DNA of 64,000 nt from positions 1 through 64,000 of IMG/VR virus record IMGVR_UViG_2857429247_000001; one strand, 5' to 3'. The position numbers and the translations under genes are program-made. Positions within the stretch are counted from its first letter, which is position 1. Every line of letters starts with the position of its first letter. Under the pieces are notes generated by a model that was not told the origin of the DNA, did no database searches, and worked only from the letters and a program-made list of their open reading frames with translations. Shown one piece after another: positions 37,244-46,037 of this stretch. Source of the stretch: a virus. Taxonomy: Duplodnaviria > Caudoviricetes.

Positions 37244-38254
37244 GTGCACGCGCCGGCCGGGACTACCTTTCATCAAGACGAGACGCAGGGCAAGGCGCGA
37301 CGTGTGCTTCCGATCGAGGAGGCGCTCCGCTGGATGGCCCGCGACGAGCTGCCGAAGGCCAAGGCCGACGCGCCGATCACGGCGCCGCCGACCTCGAGCA
37401 TGCACCCGATGTGGCGCGGCGGGATCTTCGGCGCCCGCATCCAGAACTGGAACCGCGAGCCCGGCATGCCTGCGGCGATGGGCGACCCCCATCCTGACGC
37501 GCTGCGGCTCAACCGGGCGATCCGCGAACTGCGGGCCGACACCCTCGACCTCTCCGGCTATCGGATCACGCACGGGCTGACGAAGCTCGACCCGCGCATC
37601 CCGGTCGCCGAGATCTGTGCCCAGGCGCTCGAGCACGCCAAGGGCTGGCTCCTGACCTGCGCGGTGCGCGGCTCGGTGCCAGATCACGGCTGCGGGGCGA
37701 TCTTCGAGCCGCACAAGGGTTCGCGCGGGCAGGTCACCCTCTGGCTCGACGTCCAGAAGGAAGTCGGCAAGGGCGCCGACGGGCAGCCCTGGTACGCGGC
37801 CTCGCACGAGACCACGACGCCGAACTACGGCGGCGAGTTCAAGCCGGAGAAGGGCTCGCAGTACAAGAAGGGCACCTTCTGCAAGCTGCGGTTCACGCGT
37901 GAAGCGCGCGACGTGGCGATGGACCGGGCGATCTATGCCGCGTGGCACGCCGCCTCCTGCCGCCTCGTCGAGATGCTCTCCGGCATGGAGGACGTCGAGG
38001 TCGAGGAGAACGGGCGGCGCACGACCAAGCGGGTCTGGATCCTGAGCAGCCTCGATCTCCGGCCGCCGGTGGCGCCGGCCACGCCGTGGATCCACCCGCC
38101 GCGCGCCCCAGCCGTCCTGCTCTCCCTCGCGCCGCTGGCCGAGGAGGCTCCGAGCGAGCCGGCGAAGCGCGAGATGATGCCGCCGCGCAACCCTCGCCTT
38201 CCCGTCCGCCACCTCGACCCGGCCGCCTGGTCGGATCTGCGCGCCGCCGCCTGA
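37244..38254 (+). CDS. Hypothetical phage protein
   Basis: 336-aa ORF; RBS GGAG; MGDPHPDA, RAIYAAWH. Confidence 0.65.
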   Translation: MHAPAGTTFHQDETQGKARRVLPIEEALRWMARDELPKAKADAPITAPPTSSMHPMWRGGIFGARIQNWNREPGMPAAMGDPHPDALRLNRAIRELRADTLDLSGYRITHGLTKLDPRIPVAEICAQALEHAKGWLLTCAVRGSVPDHGCGAIFEPHKGSRGQVTLWLDVQKEVGKGADGQPWYAASHETTTPNYGGEFKPEKGSQYKKGTFCKLRFTREARDVAMDRAIYAAWHAASCRLVEMLSGMEDVEVEENGRRTTKRVWILSSLDLRPPVAPATPWIHPPRAPAVLLSLAPLAEEAPSEPAKREMMPPRNPRLPVRHLDPAAWSDLRAAA

Positions 38255-38419
38255 TCGAAGGAGCCCCTCGTGCTCATCCTCGCCGCCGCCCCGCATGTGC
38301 TCGCCGCCTACGGCCTCATCTGCCTGATCATCCACACGGTGAAGATCACGCGGCGCGTCTCCCGTCTCTTCGCCCCCGCCGGGCGCTGACCCCCCTCACC
38401 ACCGAGAAGGACCGACACC

Positions 38420-38872
38420 ATGGCTCTCTGGAAAGACCTCATCGCCCGCGGCCAGAAGGCCGCCAAGGCCTATACGGGCGACGCCACCTTCCTCGCCGGC
38501 GCCGCCGCGGCCGCCGCGCTCGTGACCCGCGCCGACGGTCAGGTCGATGAGGACGAGATCACCGCCGCGCTCTCGGGGCTGACCGCCAACGCGCTGCTGA
38601 AATCGTTCACCGCGTCCAAGATCGAGGACGTGTTCATGCAGTCGCTGGAACGCGCCAAGAGCCGGGCCGGCAAGATCGAGCTGCAGCGCGCGATCGCGGC
38701 GCTCGGCGCTCGGTCCCTGGAGGAGCGTCAGGACGTGTTCCTGATCGGCGCCGACGTCGCCGACAGCGACGGCATCGGCCCGGAGGAGCGCAAGGTGCTT
38801 GAGGAGATCGCCAAGGCGCTCGGCGGCATCGACTCCAACAAGCTCCTGGGCGAGCCGGCCAAGGCCGCCTGA
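38420..38872 (+). CDS. TerB family protein
   Basis: ALVTRADGQVDEDE...VADSDGIGPEERKVLEEIAKALG. Confidence 0.8.
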   Translation: MALWKDLIARGQKAAKAYTGDATFLAGAAAAAALVTRADGQVDEDEITAALSGLTANALLKSFTASKIEDVFMQSLERAKSRAGKIELQRAIAALGARSLEERQDVFLIGADVADSDGIGPEERKVLEEIAKALGGIDSNKLLGEPAKAA

Positions 38873-38927
38873 TCCCTCCCGGCGGGCGGCGCGGGCCGCC
38901 CGTCCCCTCTCCTGCCGGAGCATAGCC

Positions 38928-39611
38928 GTGGACGCGCAATTCTGGGCCGCCCTCGCGGGCATCGTGTGGCTCGATCTCCTCCTTTCGGGCGACAACGCCC
39001 TCGTGATCGCGATGGTCTGTGGCGGACTTGAGCCGCGCCGTCGCACGATCGGCATGTGGCTCGGCACCGGCGGGGCGATCGTCCTGCGGATCGCGCTGGC
39101 CTTCTGCGTCGCGTGGCTGATGGCGTGGCCGGGGTTGATGGCCCTGGGCGGCGCCTTCCTGCTCTATGTCGCGGCCGGCCTCGTGATGGGCGGCGGGGAC
39201 GCGGAGGCGCGCGCGCCGAGCCGGACGCTTCTGGGCGCCGTGGCGACCATCGCGGCGGCCGACGTGAGCATGAGCCTCGACAACGTCATGGCCATCGCCG
39301 CTCTCTCCCGGGGCGACTGGGTTCTGATGGCGGCCGGCGTCCTGATCTCGATCCCGATGATCGTGGCGGGCGCGGCCATCATCTCGAAGGTGCTGGAGCG
39401 CGTGCCCGCCCTCGCCTGGGCGGGGGCCGGGCTTCTCGGGTATGTCGCCGGCGGCATCATCTCGGCGGACCCGCTGGTCTCCGGCTACCTGCGGGCGGAC
39501 GCGGATGCCCTGCATCACGCCCTGGGCGGCATCGGTTGCGCCACGGTCCTGGCGGTCGGCCTCGCCGTTCGCCGGGCCCGGATCGTCGAACCGGCGTTAT
39601 CCGCGGCCTGA
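38928..39611 (+). CDS. TerC/YjbE family membrane protein
   Basis: DLLLSGDNALVIA, ADVSMSLDNVMAIA. Confidence 0.9.
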   Translation: MDAQFWAALAGIVWLDLLLSGDNALVIAMVCGGLEPRRRTIGMWLGTGGAIVLRIALAFCVAWLMAWPGLMALGGAFLLYVAAGLVMGGGDAEARAPSRTLLGAVATIAAADVSMSLDNVMAIAALSRGDWVLMAAGVLISIPMIVAGAAIISKVLERVPALAWAGAGLLGYVAGGIISADPLVSGYLRADADALHHALGGIGCATVLAVGLAVRRARIVEPALSAA

Positions 39612-39644
39612 TCGGCTTCCTGCCGCCGCGAGTCGACGAACGCA

Positions 39645-39692
39645 TTCAACCCTGCACCCGTGAACTGGAAAAGGAGTTCACGGGTGCACTTT
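39645..39692. repeat. 8-bp-period array forming a 14-bp inverted repeat
   Basis: TGCACCCGTGAACT-ggaaaagg-AGTTCACGGGTGCA (39653-39688). Confidence 0.65.
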
Positions 39693-39765
39693 TCATAGTG
39701 CCTCCGTCCGAGAGCCGTGCGATCTTTCGCTCAGGGCAACGCCCGACTCCGATGGAGACACGATC

Positions 39766-39957
39766 ATGTCCACATACGACATCTGCATCCTGATTTTAGA
39801 GGGCGCCGCCATGCTGGTCGGAGCCGCCATGCTCCCGGGCGGGTTCTTCGTGCAGCGCCTGCAACCGTGGACGGTCGAGCCGGAGGTGCAGTTGCTGCGC
39901 GTCGAGCGCTCCCGGTACGCGGATCCGAGGCCAGCCCGAGACCACGATGTCCTGTGA
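39766..39957 (+). CDS. Small membrane protein
   Basis: GGAG RBS; hydrophobic N-terminus. Confidence 0.45.
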   Translation: MSTYDICILILEGAAMLVGAAMLPGGFFVQRLQPWTVEPEVQLLRVERSRYADPRPARDHDVL

Positions 39958-40426
39958 GCCGGCAGACGATCGCCGCGACGAGATCGAGCGGCTGGGCGAT
40001 CAGGTCCGGGGCGCGTGGCGCGCCCTGGAGGATCGCGGCTTCCCGCCGGAGGCGGCCGGGTGGCCGTTCATCGAGCCAGACCTCGGCGCCGCGATCGGTG
40101 CGGCGCTCGATTGCCTCATCCGGACGCGGGAGGACCTGATCCGGCGGCCAACACCGAAAACAACCTGCCCCGCACTGGAAAGACCTTCCCATGAGCAAGC
40201 CGGGGGACGCGCGATGAGCTGGTGGAACCGCAAGACCAAGACGAAGAAGCTCCGCCGGCCCCAGCGCGTGCGGGCGGCCTCCCACCGGTGGGGCTGGTGG
40301 TTCTCATCCGACGCCGAGAACTACAGCGGCCCCTTCCGAACCCGCGAAGACGCCATCGCGACGGCTCGCGCCGAGGACTGCGGCGAGTGGCACAACGTCG
40401 ATGGCGTCGGCCGGTTCTACCTACTG
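39947..40426 (+). pseudogene. 5' part of hypothetical gene interrupted by Tn3 (internal start 40214 possible)
   Basis: ...GRFYLL continues in frame as EARQGPIALW... after the element. Confidence 0.7.
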
Positions 40427-40516
40427 GAGGGCGTCGCGTTGATTGTTCGCTGAGTTACGGTCGAGACGAACGGGTCGTGAACGGTTGCCGCCTCGGAAGA
40501 GCTGCGAGGGTGGCGG

Positions 40517-41086
40517 CTACACCGCTCGTGTGATCCCGGCGAGGGCCATTTCGCGATAGACGGTGGCGCGGCCGAGCCCGACCTGGCGCCCCGCTTCCGT
40601 AGGCGATAGCCCGGCTTGGACGAGTTTCAGGGCGGCCACGACCTTGTCCGGATCGACCGGTTGCCGGCCCGGACGCTTGCCTTTGGCACGGGCCGCCGCG
40701 ATCCCGTCCTTGGTGCGCTCGGCGATCAGCCGCCGCTCGAAGTGGGCGATCGCACCGAAGACGTGGAAGACCAGTTCGCCGGCGGCCGAGCCGGTGTCGA
40801 TCTTCTCCTCCAGGCTCACGAGCGCAATGCCGCGTTCCTTGAGCAGGTTTACGCTCGACAACAGCTCGGCGAGAGAGCGCCCGAGTCGGTCGAGGCGAAC
40901 CACCGCCAGGGTGTCGCCGCGACGCGCGTAGGCGAGGAGTTCGGTCAGGCCGGGCCGGTCCATGCTCTTGCCCGACCGCACGTCGGTGAAGACGCAGATG
41001 GCGCCCGCCCGCTCGAGCCGCAGCGTCTGCCCCGCGACGTCCTGGTCTCCGGTCGACACCCGTGCGTAACCCAGCACGTCGCCCAT
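40517..41086 (-). CDS. tnpR: Serine resolvase
   Basis: GYARVST, RPGL, VVRLDRLGRS, C-terminal HTH. Confidence 0.95.
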   Translation of the reverse strand: MGDVLGYARVSTGDQDVAGQTLRLERAGAICVFTDVRSGKSMDRPGLTELLAYARRGDTLAVVRLDRLGRSLAELLSSVNLLKERGIALVSLEEKIDTGSAAGELVFHVFGAIAHFERRLIAERTKDGIAAARAKGKRPGRQPVDPDKVVAALKLVQAGLSPTEAGRQVGLGRATVYREMALAGITRAV

Positions 41087-41229
41087 GATCTCGTCCCGCA
41101 AACGTCCGTTCTCGGGACGCCCGCCGAGCCGATCCGGCGCAGGCTTCGTTCCCGTCCACTTAATGCGTCCCGTTAAGCATCCGTGTCCACAATGATCCCC
41201 TGCCTTCTCTGGACGGTGGGAGGATCGGG
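41087..41229. promoter_or_regulatory. Probable res site and divergent promoters
   Basis: Between divergent tnpR/tnpA; repeated CGTCC / GGACG half-sites. Confidence 0.6.
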
Positions 41230-44187
41230 ATGGCACGTCGGAGCCTGCTGACGGATGCCGAGCGCGAGCGGCTGTTCGGCGTGCCGACGGGTCGCGACGA
41301 ACTTGTCCGGCGCTACACCCTAGACCTAACCGACCTGGCGCTCGTCTCGGGGCATCGAGGCGACGCGAACCGGCTCGGCTTCGCGCTACAGCTCGCGCTC
41401 CTGCGCGACCCCGGCTTCGGTCTCTCTGTCGCTACCGGCGCTCCCGAGGCGCTCGTCGTCTTCCTCGCCGAGCAACTCGGGATCGAGCCGAGCGCCTTTG
41501 CCGCTTACGCAGCCCGAGTCGCGACCGCGACCGAGCACGCTCGCGAGCTCGAGCGCGCCCTGGGCCTGCGCCCGGCGACGCGGGTGGATCTGCCGCTGAT
41601 GATCGAGTCCGCCGCGGCTGCGGCGTGGCCGACAGACAAGGGAGGGCCGATCGCTGAAGGAATCATCCACGCGTTGCGCGACGTCCGCATCGTCCTGCCG
41701 ACACCCGACACGATCGAACGCGCCGGGCTGGCCGGACGCGCTCGTGCGAGGAAGCGCGCCGCCGACGCTTTGCTCGCCGGCCTCTCGCACGAGCAGATCA
41801 CAAGGCTCGATGCAATGCTGGCCGTGGATCCTGCGACCGGCCGCACGCTGCTTGCCTGGACGAGGGACCTGCCGGTCGCGCCCAAGCCTGACCACGTTCG
41901 CGAACTTGTGGACCGGCTGGCGATGGTGCGCGCGGTCGGTCTCGACCCCACCCTCACCAACCGGATCCACCCCGACCGGCTGCGCGCACTCGTGCGGGAG
42001 GGACAACTGTCGTCGCCCCACGCGATCGAACGCTACACGCCGCACCGACGCCGCGCCATCCTGGTCGCGGCGCTGCTCGACCTGGAGAGGCGATTGACCG
42101 ACGCCGTGCTCGGCATGGCCGATCGGCTGATCGGTGCCAGCTTCACACGGGGGAAGAATGCCCGCGAGCGCACCTACACGGCGACCTCGCGTGACGTTGG
42201 CCGGCTCATGCGCCTGCTCCACGGCACGATCGAAGCGGTCGAGGCCGCGGTGCGCGACGGCGGCGACGCGCTCAGCGCGATCGACGGGGCGGTCGGGCTG
42301 GACCGGCTTATCCACGCTAAGCCTGACGCGGCTGCGATCGCTGACCTCGCGGAGGAGGATCCGCTGGTGCGCGCCGCCGACCGGCATGGCACCCTCAGGA
42401 AGTTCGCGCCGCTCCTTCTAGAGGCGATCGACTTCAGGGCGAGCCGGAGCACGGACCCCACGATTGCTGCTCTCGCCACCCTGCGTCAGCTTAACCGCTC
42501 CGGAAAACGCGACGTGCCCCGCGACGCGCCGATGCCGTTCAAGAAGGATTGGCGCAGGCTCGTCGCCGGTGCTGACGGCAAGGTCGACCGCAGGCTCTAC
42601 GAGACTGCGGTGTTCGCCCACCTGCGTAACAAGTGGCGCTCGGGCGACGTCTGGGTGGAGCGCTCGGGCGAGTATCGTCGCTTCGACAGCTATCTCCTTC
42701 CTGCGGCCGAAGCTGCGCCCATCGTCACCGATCTCGACTTGCCGGCGAGCGGCGACGCGTGGCTGTCGGAGCGGGGCCGTGAACTCGACTGGCGCCTCCA
42801 GCGCTTCGCAGGCCGCCTGACCCGAGGCCAAGTCGAGGGCGTGTCCATGAAGAACGGCCGGCTGTCTATCGCGCCGGTGCGTTCCGCGACCCCGCCGGAC
42901 GCGGCGGCGCTGGCCGAGCGCATCGACGCACTGATGCCGCGCGTGCGCGTCACCGACCTTCTTCACGAGGTGGCGCGCGAGACCGGCTTCCTCTCCGCCT
43001 TCACCAATCTGCGCACGCACCGGCCGGTCGACAACGAGGCCGCACTCCTGGCCGTGATCCTCGCCGACGCCACCAATCTCGGCCTGTCTCGCATGGCCGA
43101 GGCGAGCCAGGGCGTGACCCGCGACCAGCTTCTCTGGACCCGCGAAGCCTATATCCGCGATGAGACATACCGGGCCGCGCTCGCGCGCATCATCGACGCG
43201 CACCACGCGCTGCCGATCGCCTGTGTGTGGGGGGATGGCACCACCTCGGCGTCCGACGGTCAGTTCTTCCGGTCGGGCAAGCGCGGCGACGCCGCCGGCG
43301 AGGTCAACGCCCGCTACGGTGTCGATCCAGGCTTTGCCTTCTACACCCACACCTCTGATCAGCACGATCCCTTCCATGCGACCGTGATCTCGGCCACCGA
43401 GCACGAGGCGCCCTTCGTCCTCGACGGGCTTCTCCATCACGGCAGCGGCCTGAGCATCGCCGAGCACTACACCGATACTGGCGGCAGCACCGACCACGTC
43501 CACGCCCTGTGCGCGCTGCTGGGTTTCCGCTTTTGCCCCCGCCTGCGCGACTTCCCCGACCGCCGGCTCGCCTCGATCGAGCCCGCCGCACGATACCCGG
43601 CGCTGAAGCCCATCATGGGAAAGAGGGTGCGCGTCGAACTCATTCGCGAGCACTGGGGGGACATCATCCGCCTCGTAGCCTCGCTGAAGGCCGGCGTCGT
43701 CGCGCCCTCCGCGATGCTGAAGAAGCTTGCCGCCTACGAACGGCAGAACCAGCTCGACCTCGCGCTCGCCGAGATGGGCCGCATCTGCCGTACGTTGTTC
43801 ATGCTCGACTGGCTCGAGGCGCCCGCGCTGCGCCGACGCTGCCATGCGGGACTGAACAAGTCCGAGCAGCGCCACGTTCTGGCCGGTGCCATCTGCACCT
43901 ACAAACAGGGACGCATCGCCGACCGCTCGCGCGAGGCGCAGGAGTATCGCGCTTCGGGGCTCAACCTCGTCATCGCCGCCATCGTATATTGGAACTCGAC
44001 CTACATGGCCGACGCGGTGGCGCACTTGCGTACGACGGTCGAGCCCGCGCCCGACGACCTGCTGAGCCACACCTCGCCCGTCGGGTGGGAGCACATCGCG
44101 CTCTCCGGAGACTTCCTCTGGGACCACGTCGCCATGCCGAGGGGCCGGCGGCCGCTCAACCTGCCGCGCCAACGTCGCGTTGCATGA
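41230..44187 (+). CDS. tnpA: Tn3 family transposase
   Basis: 985 aa; NRLGFALQL, SASDGQ, HYTDTGG, LNKSE, NLVIAAIVYWN. Confidence 0.96.
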   Translation: MARRSLLTDAERERLFGVPTGRDELVRRYTLDLTDLALVSGHRGDANRLGFALQLALLRDPGFGLSVATGAPEALVVFLAEQLGIEPSAFAAYAARVATATEHARELERALGLRPATRVDLPLMIESAAAAAWPTDKGGPIAEGIIHALRDVRIVLPTPDTIERAGLAGRARARKRAADALLAGLSHEQITRLDAMLAVDPATGRTLLAWTRDLPVAPKPDHVRELVDRLAMVRAVGLDPTLTNRIHPDRLRALVREGQLSSPHAIERYTPHRRRAILVAALLDLERRLTDAVLGMADRLIGASFTRGKNARERTYTATSRDVGRLMRLLHGTIEAVEAAVRDGGDALSAIDGAVGLDRLIHAKPDAAAIADLAEEDPLVRAADRHGTLRKFAPLLLEAIDFRASRSTDPTIAALATLRQLNRSGKRDVPRDAPMPFKKDWRRLVAGADGKVDRRLYETAVFAHLRNKWRSGDVWVERSGEYRRFDSYLLPAAEAAPIVTDLDLPASGDAWLSERGRELDWRLQRFAGRLTRGQVEGVSMKNGRLSIAPVRSATPPDAAALAERIDALMPRVRVTDLLHEVARETGFLSAFTNLRTHRPVDNEAALLAVILADATNLGLSRMAEASQGVTRDQLLWTREAYIRDETYRAALARIIDAHHALPIACVWGDGTTSASDGQFFRSGKRGDAAGEVNARYGVDPGFAFYTHTSDQHDPFHATVISATEHEAPFVLDGLLHHGSGLSIAEHYTDTGGSTDHVHALCALLGFRFCPRLRDFPDRRLASIEPAARYPALKPIMGKRVRVELIREHWGDIIRLVASLKAGVVAPSAMLKKLAAYERQNQLDLALAEMGRICRTLFMLDWLEAPALRRRCHAGLNKSEQRHVLAGAICTYKQGRIADRSREAQEYRASGLNLVIAAIVYWNSTYMADAVAHLRTTVEPAPDDLLSHTSPVGWEHIALSGDFLWDHVAMPRGRRPLNLPRQRRVA

Positions 44188-44249
44188 CGTTCACGCAGCG
44201 TTCTTCCTTGGCGTAACTGGGCGAACAACCAACGCGACGTCCTCTACTG

Positions 44250-44519
44250 GAAGCTCGCCAGGGGCCGATTGCCCTCTGGGCCTATACCGACAGCGAGTCC
44301 GTCATGGAGCGCGTCATGGAAGCCGTCGACGACGAGTACGGCGGCGAGGACGGGATCGAGTGGGACAACGCATGGCCCGCCGCGGCCGACCGGCGGCTGG
44401 AGGTCTGGATCAGGCGCGTCGTTCGGTTCTGGCAGTGGTGGCACGGGATCGAGGTGCGCACCTGGGCCTTCACGAACTCAAGAAACGCCGAGACCTACAC
44501 ATGGGTGAAGGGCTTCTAA
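44250..44519 (+). pseudogene. 3' part of Tn3-interrupted gene
   Basis: In frame with 39947-40426 after removing element and one TSD. Confidence 0.7.
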
Positions 44520-44574
44520 CGCCCGCGGCCAGGGCAGACGGGAACTCCGTCGAACATTCCAACAGGAAGCGACA

Positions 44575-44808
44575 ATGAGCGACACTTACAAGCGCGGTCT
44601 TGCCAAGCTCGGCCCCGAGTTTCGAGCCCGCATCTGTTACTTCTGCGATGGCGCAGGCGCCTATGAACAGACGTACACCGCAGGCTGCGGCATGGGATAC
44701 TACCGCTCGCGCGGACGATGCGACCATTGCGCGGGCACGGGCCTAATACAGGGAAGCCAGCCCGCCCCGGCCTCCGTTCGTGCTCAGGTCATCAACGCCG
44801 CCGGATAG
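44575..44808 (+). CDS. Small zinc-finger protein (DnaJ-like CxxCxGxG)
   Basis: CYFCDGAG and CDHCAGTG. Confidence 0.65.
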   Translation: MSDTYKRGLAKLGPEFRARICYFCDGAGAYEQTYTAGCGMGYYRSRGRCDHCAGTGLIQGSQPAPASVRAQVINAAG

Positions 44809-44863
44809 CGCGGAGGGGAAATCCGCCAACCACGCTGCAACACCCATTGAGGAGGCTTGAGAG

Positions 44864-45082
44864 ATGACCACGTTTAACCTGACGAATGCACAGCGCGCCT
44901 TGCTGACATTGCTGGCCCCCAAGTCCGGCGTAATCTTCGTTCGTGGAGATGACGCCGAGACGGCGATCAGCCTCGCGGACACTCCCCTCGTGGCTCTCGG
45001 GCCTACCGAGGGGAGCGGCGCCGTCACGGTGCTGATAACGGCGGAAGGCCGTGCGGCGCTCGCCGCAGCGTCCGCCAGTTGA
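44864..45082 (+). CDS. Hypothetical protein
   Basis: GGAGG RBS; ITAEGRAAL winged-helix-like end. Confidence 0.55.
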   Translation: MTTFNLTNAQRALLTLLAPKSGVIFVRGDDAETAISLADTPLVALGPTEGSGAVTVLITAEGRAALAAASAS

Positions 45083-45278
45083 GGGCTAGAATGTGGGGCA
45101 ACGGCACCGGCCATTTTACCCCACATTCCCGAGGCGGCGACAGAGCGCGAAGGCCCGGCCGGCGGCATCCGTCCAGCCCGCGCAGAATGTGGGGCAGATT
45201 GAGGGGTGAGGCCGTTTTCAGGCCCTCCGCAACGCCCTGAAACGACGGCAGAGGGGGCAGAAGCCGGGAGGCGATACG

Positions 45279-45572
45279 ATGGCACAGCTAAGGGTCAGGA
45301 TCGAGGATACGTTCGTCATGGACTTAGACGACGTGTTTTCGCGTGTCATTCTGCGAGTGCCGCGCAAGCAAGCGGTCGCGGCGCTAAGGCATGAGGTCAA
45401 ATATCTGGTCAGTGAAATGTGCGAGCGCGTCATGGACACGCCTTCGTTTTCGGAGTTTTACTTCGCGTGTTTCCTGTGCCGCGAGGAGCTTGCAGACCCT
45501 CGGCCCGGCCATGAGCCGCCGGGCTGGGACCGGACGTTGCAAGATCGCGAGTATGCGAACGCGGCGGCATAG
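45279..45572 (+). CDS. Hypothetical protein
   Basis: GGAGG RBS, 97 aa. Confidence 0.55.
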   Translation: MAQLRVRIEDTFVMDLDDVFSRVILRVPRKQAVAALRHEVKYLVSEMCERVMDTPSFSEFYFACFLCREELADPRPGHEPPGWDRTLQDREYANAAA

Positions 45573-45588
45573 CGGAGGGGGCAGGATC

Positions 45589-45882
45589 TTGAGCAAGTTC
45601 GGTGAAGGTCAGACGATCAAAAAGGGCTGGATCATCATCCATGAGCCGGGGAAGATCCCGGATCTGAAACGACCACCGGATCAGAGCGACGACGGTCTCG
45701 ACGCCTTCCTAATCGAGTTGGTTAAGCATTATTCGACCTCAACCTTCACCGTCTGCCGCTTAACGTGGAACGACGATCTATGGATTGAGAACGGGGCGTG
45801 CCGGCTCGCCGAGAAAGCTGCAATGGACAATCTCACGCCCGAGGATTGGGCCGAGATCGACGCCATGCACGAGGAAGCCTGA
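45589..45882 (+). CDS. Hypothetical protein
   Basis: TTG start with GGAGG upstream. Confidence 0.5.
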   Translation: MSKFGEGQTIKKGWIIIHEPGKIPDLKRPPDQSDDGLDAFLIELVKHYSTSTFTVCRLTWNDDLWIENGACRLAEKAAMDNLTPEDWAEIDAMHEEA

Positions 45883-45932
45883 CCACGGGGGGCATCCACC
45901 GAGCTACCCCTTGACCGTGTCCGAACTAGCCG

Positions 45933-45996
45933 TCGACGCGTGAATGCGTGAACGGCCTGGATTTCCAAGTGCCTCTATCCAAGGTGCTTGTATAAT
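45933..45996 (+). promoter_or_regulatory. Promoter of DarB-like gene with 8-bp array and operator
   Basis: tcgacgcg tgaatgcg tgaacggc; TATCCAAGgtgCTTGTATA (45976-45994) overlapping TATAAT. Confidence 0.65.
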
Positions 45997-46037
45997 CCGT
46001 CACAAGGGGCCGCGCCCCACTCGCAGGAGACAAGCTG

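Larger units (their letters stand above)
40427..44244 (+). mobile_element. Tn3-family transposon (tnpR-res-tnpA, no cargo)
   Basis: IRs GAGGGCGTCGCGTTGATTGTTCGCTGAGTTACG / GAGGACGTCGCGTTGGTTGTTCGCCCAGTTACG; TSD TACTG at 40422-40426 and 44245-44249. Confidence 0.93.

Noticed and set aside
40421-40427. 7-bp TSD CTACTGG for the Tn3 element
   Set aside because: Including the terminal G in both IRs gives the canonical 5-bp TSD TACTG
42418-44172. 584-aa - strand ORF
   Set aside because: Antisense shadow of Tn3 transposase
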